Source: Patescibacteria group bacterium (GTDB lineage: Bacteria; Patescibacteriota; JAQUNI01). Taken from it: a stretch of 64,000 bases of DNA. The position numbers were made by a program, and so were the translations under genes. The stretch spans positions 399,451 through 463,450 of the forward strand of contig JAQUNI010000001.1 in assembly GCA_028717685.1 (NCBI GenBank), written 5' to 3'. Under the pieces are notes generated by a model. That model was not told where the DNA came from, did not search any database, and saw nothing but the letters and a program-made list of their open reading frames with translations. Positions 51,379 through 59,368 of this stretch are shown piece after piece. Each line of letters starts with the position of its first letter. The stretch's first letter is position 1.

Positions 51379-51465
51379 TTGACAGATTTTTTAAACCTGC
51401 TAAAATCATTTTTTAGATAAAAAGCCTAAAAAATCTTGACAGATTTTCAGATATAGTGCTAAGCT
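51379..51465 (+). promoter_or_regulatory. Two tandem sigma-70 promoters of the rightward island operon
   Basis: TTGACA-16-TAAAAT and TTGACA-18-TAAGCT, both with TG extension and both starting CTTGACAGATTTT. Confidence 0.65.
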
Positions 51466-51469
51466 TAAA

Positions 51470-52020
51470 ATCGGGATAAATAAAACAGCAAGAAATATCA
51501 AGAAGTAAGGAGGGCTCTTGTAGCTCTTTTTAAAATTCAGAAGTAACGCCCGCCCAAGTTTTGCAAAGCAAAATTTAAGCGGGAATGCATAGACAATGGA
51601 TTATTTGAAATAAGAGTAGTCCACTGTCTGTTCATTAACAAAAATATTTTTTCGCGCTATGGCAGATGCCTTTGTCGTATCCCTCCGCGTGGCTACTATG
51701 GAGGCAAGAAGCAAAGAGCATCTGCCATAGCCTTTATCGTCTCACAAGTGTAGTTTCTTAAAGTCTAGGTCGTGCCTGACATTGAGGAGTGAGCCCTAGC
51801 AACAACCAAAGATGGTTTTGTAGGTGCAGATCACAAATCAACGAAGGCGCGAGTATAGCCGCTTTCAATTCCTAGCCATTATAGAAAGCGGCTATACCCC
51901 TTAATCTTCAGAAAGGAGGGAGAAAAAAGGGGCTTAGTGTTCCGTTCGGTTAGTAAATAATGTATCTAAATGATCTAAAGGTTCGAAAAAAGTTGGCATC
52001 TAATTAAGAGAGCCAAAAAG
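51470..52020 (+). ncRNA. Candidate long structured leader or ncRNA
   Basis: No long ORF; hairpins at 51590-51630, 51656-51731 and 51853-51897. Confidence 0.5.
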
Positions 52021-52033
52021 AGGAGAAATTGAA

Positions 52034-52750
52034 ATGAGAAAGATACTGATTTCTATGTTCGTTCTGGTTTGTATGATGGCATTCACTGGTATAGCTCTGG
52101 CTAGTAATACTGCTTCGTGGACGTTCGATATTAAAGTACAGGTGCAACCTTGGATCCAGAAAAACTCCGGTAATCCTAGCTTAATGAAGATGGCGGATCT
52201 GGAGCAGGATAAGGATAAAACGGAAACCACTTTCGGGTGGTATGAAAGTTTTTATAGCAACGTTCCGTTCACGAAGACATTCACAGGAACTAATCCAGCC
52301 GGTGATGCTTATCCAATTTTTGCACGTGAAGAAAGAGCGGTAGGTGGAGCTGGACTAGGAACTTATGATAGACTTTCCACACGTATAACATTTGAAACAG
52401 TGGTCAACGGAATACTGGGAGGAGAAGTAGGACGAGACGATCAAAGTGCGGTGTTTAATGCAGGAACCCAGAATAGTGCAGGCGTACCCGCGGGTACAGG
52501 TTGGACGCAAGGCGGCTTTGATCCTAATGTTTATTCAAACCCCAATGCTTCTATAACTTTCGGCACTCCGCACGATGGCGAAGTTTGGGAGAAGTTCTTT
52601 GTTAAGGCGGATAGAAAAATGCCAGATTATGCCACTGATAATGCATGGTATCAATCAGCGGATGCTGGTATTTATGCATTAACAATCACCGAAACCTTAG
52701 TTGGTCAAAATACAGTGCAGTCATCGGATGCTTACGAGGTCTTCCCATAA
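52034..52750 (+). CDS. Exported beta-rich pilin/WxL-like subunit
   Basis: Signal peptide ending ALA; C-terminal ADAGIYALTITET; own terminator. Confidence 0.7.
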   Translation: MRKILISMFVLVCMMAFTGIALASNTASWTFDIKVQVQPWIQKNSGNPSLMKMADLEQDKDKTETTFGWYESFYSNVPFTKTFTGTNPAGDAYPIFAREERAVGGAGLGTYDRLSTRITFETVVNGILGGEVGRDDQSAVFNAGTQNSAGVPAGTGWTQGGFDPNVYSNPNASITFGTPHDGEVWEKFFVKADRKMPDYATDNAWYQSADAGIYALTITETLVGQNTVQSSDAYEVFP

Positions 52751-52791
52751 TCTAATGACATCCGGAAGATCATTTAATGCTAAATGAGCAC

Positions 52792-52839
52792 AGAGCAGTT
52801 TAGGAAAAAAAAGTTTTTCCTACTCTGCTCTATTTTTTT
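52792..52839 (+). terminator. Intrinsic terminator
   Basis: AGAGCAG..TAGGAAAAA / TTTTTCCTA.CTGCTCT plus T-run. Confidence 0.7.
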
Positions 52840-52991
52840 ATTCAAAAACTTGACGTAATTTATTGTATGTGCTAATATTTCAGGTCCTATATCAGGTTAG
52901 AACTTTGACAATTAGCTACAGAATTAGAAAACGCAAGGGGAAAATTGTATCGTATTGTACTAAATTCTAGGGAGAAGGGAGGTTTTGAAAA

Positions 52992-53867
52992 ATGCAAAGG
53001 CAAAAAATCTGGACAAGCGCTATGGTTTTTACTGTTCTACTAGCAGTAGCAGCTTCTTTGGTCTTCGCTTTTGTGGAGATTAAAGAGCAAACTAATCTAA
53101 ACGGCGTTATCAGCGAGCCGGGAAACACCGCCTCAATGCGGAAAGGCAAGACACTCTTGGTAGAAAGCAATCAGGATGTCAAAATCGCTTTTTCCACTAC
53201 AGGAGACATTAAAAGGGAGGAACGAGGTTCAGATGGCAAGGGTTTGAACCGTTTTGATGAAATCAAAAAAACAACGGTCAAGCTGGGGATTTCCGGAGAA
53301 AACGACTATGAGTGGCAAGGCAATCTGGAAGATCTGAATGGCTTAACAACCGACACTATTACCCCAGACCAAGATGATAGAATCTGGTGGAATTTGAAAG
53401 TTAAGGCGAAAACAAGTTTGTTGAGCTTTGATAAGGATAAGGAGTGGGACGCATCCTTGGATGCGGGAATTTATCAAACAAGTATCACTATCACCGTAAT
53501 CACAGTGGGGCAACCGCCGCGTCCATCTTTGGAATTTATTCCTGATGTCGCGGAAGGCGGATCGTCATTATTCTGCGTGGAAATCCACAATAGTGGAACC
53601 GAAAAGAAAGACAGCGCGGAAAATGTCCGAGTCAGAATGAGAGTTTTAAACGGCGCGAAGTATGTTAAGGCACTGGATTATAACCCCAAGATTGGTAATA
53701 TTGAAAGCGAAGAGAGTAAAGGTTTCTTGTTTACTATCATCACTAATACCAAGTGGGACAGTGCGCCTCTGGACACAGAAATTAAGGTGGAAATAGAAAT
53801 TGTCCGAGAGGACAACTGGCCCGAACACAATGAAGGCAAGATCGCCTATTATAGCTTGGTGAAATAA
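52992..53867 (+). CDS. Exported pilin-like protein with second Ig/CARDB-like domain
   Basis: Signal peptide; LDAGIYQTSITITV; VEIHNSG...AENV. Confidence 0.7.
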   Translation: MQRQKIWTSAMVFTVLLAVAASLVFAFVEIKEQTNLNGVISEPGNTASMRKGKTLLVESNQDVKIAFSTTGDIKREERGSDGKGLNRFDEIKKTTVKLGISGENDYEWQGNLEDLNGLTTDTITPDQDDRIWWNLKVKAKTSLLSFDKDKEWDASLDAGIYQTSITITVITVGQPPRPSLEFIPDVAEGGSSLFCVEIHNSGTEKKDSAENVRVRMRVLNGAKYVKALDYNPKIGNIESEESKGFLFTIITNTKWDSAPLDTEIKVEIEIVREDNWPEHNEGKIAYYSLVK

Positions 53868-53879
53868 GGAGGTGGAATA

Positions 53880-55235
53880 ATGAAAAGGTTTGTGACGTTT
53901 AGTATTGGATTCTTTTTAGTGTTGGTCTTCAGTGGTAATATTCTCGCGGAAAAGGTGGGACCGCCGCGAATTTACATCACCGTCCATAAAGGCAAAGCCG
54001 AGACTGCTATTCTCTCTTTGCAGGGAGTGGTACTGAATGAAAAGGTCTTCCTTTACCTCTGCGACATCACTGTTGACCGCAAAGGCAACTACAGCTTTGA
54101 AAATCTAAAGGGGTGGAAATATTCCGCCTTGGACTGGGTAAAACTTTATAAGCTCTCTGTCGCGGAGGAAAAAGTTATAGAAGACCCAAATCATCCCATA
54201 ATTATTACTTCTCCAGCCCAAGAAGAAGCAAGATTACCTAAGAAACGAGTGGTAGCTTACTTTCCTTATGAAGAAAAAGACGTTCTCTCTTTAAGAAAGG
54301 AAGCGATCACCTATATGGGGATCAAAGTGCAGGTTCCATTTGATGTGAAACCCGGGCAATATTACGCGGGAATAATGTCGGAACCGGTTGATTTCCAAAC
54401 GCTTAGGGGGATCGTGGACGGCAAAGCTATTCAAGTTCAAAAGAAGACTCGGATCGCTATCCCTGTAATTATTACTGTCCCGGGCGGGGTAGTGAAAAAA
54501 ACAGGCAAGATTGCGACAGATCCAGAAACTTCTTTACCTGTGCTTCACGCAGATGTACAGCAGAAAGAGATTAGAATTTCCGCCACTTTTGAAAACACAG
54601 GGAACATAATAGAATACGCCAAAGGGGAAGCGCGGATTGTCGGTAAAATAGACGGCAGAACCTATGCGGTTGTGCCGATGAAAGCATTAAACCCTTCATC
54701 GGTTGATGGCGCGGGAGAAATTTTTCCGGAAACATTAAGAGACTTTGAAGGCATTGTTTCACGACCTCTGCCTGCGGGAGATTATAAGGTAAAATTGGCA
54801 ATCAACTATGGCGTCAAATTTCGGGAAGCGAGGGCTGAAGCCGAAATCACTGTTTCCGAAGCTGTCGCCCAAAGCCAAAAAGATCTCTTGATGCTGGCGG
54901 TGGAGCCTGCTTTTTTAAATTTACGGATAAAACCAGGACAAACCACGATGGAAAGCATAGAGTTAACGAATTTGGATTATCAGCCCCTTTCAATAAAAGC
55001 GGCGATTGTGCCTGAAGGATTGTCTTGGCTACAGATTAACCGGAGCGACAAAATAGAAGTTGATCTGCTTGCCAACCAGATGAAAAAGATTGTTTGCAGA
55101 ATAAGCGTGCCCCGGGACGAAAAAACGGGAGAAGCGCAAGTAAAAAGAGCAAAAATTATACTTGTGCCTGAAAGAGGTAAAACAGTGTCCATAGATGTAG
55201 AAATCGTTCCTGGTTCAGGAACAAAAGGTGATTGA
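53880..55235 (+). CDS. Exported multi-Ig chaperone-like protein (PapD/DUF916-like)
   Basis: Signal peptide; VQVPFDVKPGQYYAGI; FENTGNI; LPAGDYKV. Confidence 0.7.
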   Translation: MKRFVTFSIGFFLVLVFSGNILAEKVGPPRIYITVHKGKAETAILSLQGVVLNEKVFLYLCDITVDRKGNYSFENLKGWKYSALDWVKLYKLSVAEEKVIEDPNHPIIITSPAQEEARLPKKRVVAYFPYEEKDVLSLRKEAITYMGIKVQVPFDVKPGQYYAGIMSEPVDFQTLRGIVDGKAIQVQKKTRIAIPVIITVPGGVVKKTGKIATDPETSLPVLHADVQQKEIRISATFENTGNIIEYAKGEARIVGKIDGRTYAVVPMKALNPSSVDGAGEIFPETLRDFEGIVSRPLPAGDYKVKLAINYGVKFREARAEAEITVSEAVAQSQKDLLMLAVEPAFLNLRIKPGQTTMESIELTNLDYQPLSIKAAIVPEGLSWLQINRSDKIEVDLLANQMKKIVCRISVPRDEKTGEAQVKRAKIILVPERGKTVSIDVEIVPGSGTKGD

Positions 55236-55254
55236 AACCAAGGAGATGGGTAAG

Positions 55255-57126
55255 ATGATGGTCAAGAAGAGTTTATTGATAGCAATGTTTATTAGTTTAT
55301 GTATTCTAATAATGGCTGCTGCGGAAGAACAAGTCGTAATTGACCCTGGTCCGACAGTTGCAACCGGGATTACATTGGGAAATACACCAATCGTCCCGAA
55401 ACTAGATTATGTGGAAACAGAAATCCGAACCATAAGTCAAGAATTGAGTGCGGCTACTGGTATCCAAATCCTTGTGGATCAAAATGTAGAAGGGACAGTC
55501 ACGATTGGCCCTCTGGAACAAGTTCCCTTGGAAACAGCGTTAGATCTAATCTGCGCTTCGGGGGGTTTGGAATGGGTAAAAGCAAAAAATTATTATTTAA
55601 TTCTTATGCCGGACCCAGATAATATGGCTTTCAAATCGCATGTAGTAACTGAAGGGGTAAAAATCAACAACCTGGATGCCAGAAGCATACCCGACCTACT
55701 CAAACAGTACGACTTTTACTTAAAAGTAGACCCGCTTAATAACCAGATCTTTATTACGGCTCTGCCTGGTTCAATGATGAACAGGATAAAAGGGGCGATT
55801 GAGAGAGTGGACACAGCCGTGCTTAAAGAAGTGGAAATCCGTCTGGTTACTTTGGAGTATTCTCGGCGCGATAAGGAAGAGATTGGCTTGGATAGTCTTA
55901 ACGCACTCCTCACCGAAGATGCGGCAAAAAGAGATATCTACGGCATTCAAATCGGCGAGAATACATTCGGCGCCACAAATGCCGAGATAGCACCATTACT
56001 CCGACTAAAAATCTTAGCAAGCCGAGAGGAAATCAAAATCACGGGCGATCAGAAAGCGACCGTTCGTGAAGGTAAAATTGCCAAAATCAACTTTAGTAAA
56101 AAAGGCGATATCTTCCTGACAACTGGGATCGGGGGGGTTGCTAATAATAACTTTTACAATTTGGAAAAGGCAACCGTGCAGGCAGAGCAAGGCGTAGAGA
56201 CAGAAATCCTGCGGGTTACTTCTGATAATCACATCCTTATAAATGTAAAAGGCATTTTGGAATACATTCAAGAGACACCTGATGCGATAAAGACCGGTCA
56301 AGCCATCTGGACTGAAAGCGGCAAGGTGGATACTCAAGTAAATATGCAAAACTACAGGACAATCTGGATTGGCACTTTACGTCGCGAAGTAAACAAGCAA
56401 ACACGGGAAATAACTGGGAGAGGTAAGGATAACCGAGAGATTGAAATCGCTTTCCTTTTGACTGCAAATGTCGTTGGCACAAAACCACCTGCCCCTCTAG
56501 AGATAGAGGCGAAGATTGAAAAATTCTTTGCTGCAAAAGAAAAAGGCACAATACACCCTCAATTCTCGTTTGGTGTTGGCGGTTGGGTGCAAAGAGCTGA
56601 AGATGCTTGGATTCCTTCCAGAGATTCTGTTGATCCTATTCCAATAGGAGAGATAAAAGTGAAACTCTGGGAAAACCTCAATATATTTGGCGGTGGTGGC
56701 GCAAAAGGGAAAAAGAACCTCGGATATTTCGGTGTTCAGTATGGCGACTTTCTAACCATCGGTGCTGGGGGAATTAAAACCAATCAGTTATCAAGCGTTA
56801 AGCCGTTTCTAACTACTGGTGTGTCTTTAGGCACTGATCGTGTAAGGTTAAATATAGAAGCTGTCTATCTTCCTGACGCCCCCAAACAAAGCGGCATTAA
56901 AGCTGGAATCAACTTCCGTTTCGGGGGATTTGCTACTAAACAAGTTTCTCAAGCCACAGAAAACGCAGAGGTGGAGCCAGTTGCAGAAGCTCCGATTGCC
57001 AAAGGGGCGACCCAGATCATTGAAAAGGAAAAAATAATAGAGAAAGAAATTCTTGTGCCCTTGGCTGATCCCGAAGAATGGAATAAAGCCATTGAACGGG
57101 GCAAACAAGAACAAGAAGTAAAGTGA
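55255..57126 (+). CDS. Divergent secretin (N0/STN, N-domain, secretin core) fused to a C-terminal beta-barrel-like domain
   Basis: GIQILVDQNVEGTVT...PLETALDLI; VDPLNNQIFI; EVEIRLVTLEY; TQVNMQNYRTIWIGTL; EIAFLLTANVV; amphipathic strands ending GINFRF. Confidence 0.75.
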   Translation: MMVKKSLLIAMFISLCILIMAAAEEQVVIDPGPTVATGITLGNTPIVPKLDYVETEIRTISQELSAATGIQILVDQNVEGTVTIGPLEQVPLETALDLICASGGLEWVKAKNYYLILMPDPDNMAFKSHVVTEGVKINNLDARSIPDLLKQYDFYLKVDPLNNQIFITALPGSMMNRIKGAIERVDTAVLKEVEIRLVTLEYSRRDKEEIGLDSLNALLTEDAAKRDIYGIQIGENTFGATNAEIAPLLRLKILASREEIKITGDQKATVREGKIAKINFSKKGDIFLTTGIGGVANNNFYNLEKATVQAEQGVETEILRVTSDNHILINVKGILEYIQETPDAIKTGQAIWTESGKVDTQVNMQNYRTIWIGTLRREVNKQTREITGRGKDNREIEIAFLLTANVVGTKPPAPLEIEAKIEKFFAAKEKGTIHPQFSFGVGGWVQRAEDAWIPSRDSVDPIPIGEIKVKLWENLNIFGGGGAKGKKNLGYFGVQYGDFLTIGAGGIKTNQLSSVKPFLTTGVSLGTDRVRLNIEAVYLPDAPKQSGIKAGINFRFGGFATKQVSQATENAEVEPVAEAPIAKGATQIIEKEKIIEKEILVPLADPEEWNKAIERGKQEQEVK

Positions 57127-57199
57127 TAAAAGAGGCGGAAGGGAGACTCTAAAAAAATTCTTTTCGCCTCATCTAAATAAAAGAAAGGATGGAAAGAAA

Positions 57200-58228
57200 A
57201 TGAGAACAGTCAGGGTGATTGTCGTTATTGTAATAATACTTTTACTAGCCGGCGGAGGAGTATATCTCTTCTGGCCTAAGACCTCTGAAACGAATACTTT
57301 GGATCAGGAGCTAGCAGATTTAAAGGCTGCAAACGCCACTCTGGTCACGGAAAAGACTGAAACCGCAAATAAAATTTCCGAACTGGAGAAGGCAAAAAAA
57401 AGCCTGACCGAGGCTAATACCACATTAACCAGTCAGGTTGCAAATCTAGCTGGCGATCGTGATGCAATAAAGCAAAGCGAACTTTACTTTGCCAAGGTCT
57501 ACCGCGAAGGACTAGCTGTAAACGAAAAAGCCAATAAAGATAATGGAGTATTACGCAAAGAAATTGAACGGCTTAAAGCGGAAAATAAACAGCTAGTGGA
57601 GGACAATAAACTCCTGCAAACTCAATATAATGAACTCCTCACAGAAAAGAAAGCAGCCGAGGCAGCGAGAAAAGTTGCGGAAGATAAAGTGGCTGGTCTA
57701 AACAGAGATATTGACGCCGCAAAGCAAGGACAAGATGCCGCGGAAATGAAAGCAGTAAAAGCCGAACAGAATCTTACGAGGCTAGAAGCGGAAAAGGCAA
57801 AAGCGCAAAGCGAAATGGTGACCTTGAACGCTAAAATCGCTAACGATTTGGTGGATAAAAAGGCGCTTCAAGATCAGCTTGACACTGCCAAAAAGGCGCT
57901 GGAGGCGATGGAAGGACGGCTGGGAGAGTCTGACAAATTAGTCGCTAAATCACCGACGATGGATACGGTAAAGGAAAACTTGGCTCTAAAAGCCGAAATT
58001 AGATTCCTTTATGCGACAATCCTCGTGGCTACCTCATCCGAGAAGAATCTCTCGGACGAAAGCAGAAGAAAGGCGACTAACCTGATGGTTAGGTTGACCT
58101 ACCAATCAGACGCGGATCTGCGCTTTAAAGCGGCTGCCAAAGTTATGGAAGAAATGCCACTAGATGGCGCCGAAAGCGTTGACCAGCTCCACACACGTTG
58201 GGGAGCCTGGAGAAAAACGCAAGAATAA
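57200..58228 (+). CDS. Membrane-anchored long coiled-coil protein
   Basis: N-terminal TM followed by heptad-rich region. Confidence 0.8.
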   Translation: MRTVRVIVVIVIILLLAGGGVYLFWPKTSETNTLDQELADLKAANATLVTEKTETANKISELEKAKKSLTEANTTLTSQVANLAGDRDAIKQSELYFAKVYREGLAVNEKANKDNGVLRKEIERLKAENKQLVEDNKLLQTQYNELLTEKKAAEAARKVAEDKVAGLNRDIDAAKQGQDAAEMKAVKAEQNLTRLEAEKAKAQSEMVTLNAKIANDLVDKKALQDQLDTAKKALEAMEGRLGESDKLVAKSPTMDTVKENLALKAEIRFLYATILVATSSEKNLSDESRRKATNLMVRLTYQSDADLRFKAAAKVMEEMPLDGAESVDQLHTRWGAWRKTQE

Positions 58229-58247
58229 ATAGTACCTTGAATCATTA

Positions 58248-58300
58248 CCCATAAGCTTTAGCCTATTAAATATTAGACTTCAAGCTTATGGGATTTTTTT
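58248..58300 (+). terminator. Intrinsic terminator ending the island operon
   Basis: CCCATAAGCTT...AAGCTTATGGG plus T-run. Confidence 0.8.
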
Positions 58301-58693
58301 ATTTTAATATTACTTTACCTCCCTCGCGAGGAGAAATGAAAAGTGAAACCCCCTAAATCCCCTTTATCAGGGGGATTTTAATTTCTTCCTTCTGTGACCC
58401 ACGCGCTCTAGGAGAGAGTTGTTGGCTCCATAGTGGCGTTAGCCCTATGGAGTCAGGATGCAAGCCGTAAAGAAAAAATATGATCAGACTTTAATGCTGT
58501 TTCGCATTGCGGCTCCACAGCCTGCCCGCCATCGCTTGCGCTTCAGGCGTTAGCGGGCGGGCCCCTCGCTTCGCTCGGGGACTATGGAGCCAACAGACCC
58601 CCTCCAACTCCCCCTTGGTAAGGGGGAGTGAAATCAAGCCTCTCGCAATGACAATAATTCATTGATTCAAAGTGATAAAAAAAAGCGCCTATT

Positions 58694-59029
58694 TTATGAA
58701 AATAAGGCGCGGATTGAAGGAAAATTGACTCTTATAGTCGCTGCGATGTAATAGACTGAATAGGCAATGGCAACAACTACATAGCAGGTACTAATAACCT
58801 TGGGTCTTGCCCAAGATCTTTTAAGAGCCAATTCTGCAATAAAAACGGGAATGAACAAGAAAATAAACATTTTCACGGCTGCAAAAAGGGTAACCCCTCC
58901 TTGAGCCAAAGACCATTTCAGGATAGGGTTTGTCTCCTCGCAAACCCCCGTGGTGATGCCGATTACGGTGGTAAGAAGATCCACCAGACCGATTAAAAGA
59001 ACGATTTTGCCATATTTACTGATTTTCAT
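58694..59029 (-). CDS. DUF5658-like membrane protein
   Basis: DLLTT..GI...EETNP motif; three TM. Confidence 0.75.
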   Translation of the reverse strand: MKISKYGKIVLLIGLVDLLTTVIGITTGVCEETNPILKWSLAQGGVTLFAAVKMFIFLFIPVFIAELALKRSWARPKVISTCYVVVAIAYSVYYIAATIRVNFPSIRALFS

Positions 59030-59368
59030 CTTTCCACTTCCTCTAAAGAATGCCCTATATAAAGAATTAAAAACTCATAATGTCAAACCATATTAGATAT
59101 GAGACTATAATACCATTTTCTTACCTATTTGTCAAGAAAAACTAGAGTAGCCCCTTCGCCTCACAATCTCCAAGTAAAAAAAGGAGCCCCAGTTTCTTGC
59201 TGCCAGTCTAGGGGGAGGCTTACTATGACAAAACAAGATATGGGGCACAGGGAACCTTAGATAGAAAAATACCGCTTCCACCACCCAAGGATAAAGCGGC
59301 TCCATCCAGATTTCTGTTATATTCACTATATTACCCTTAAAAAATTATGTCAACCCCAAATAATGATT

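Noticed and set aside
48726-58228. Prophage or conjugative element
   Set aside because: No integrase, terminase, capsid, relaxase or VirB4-like ATPase motifs.
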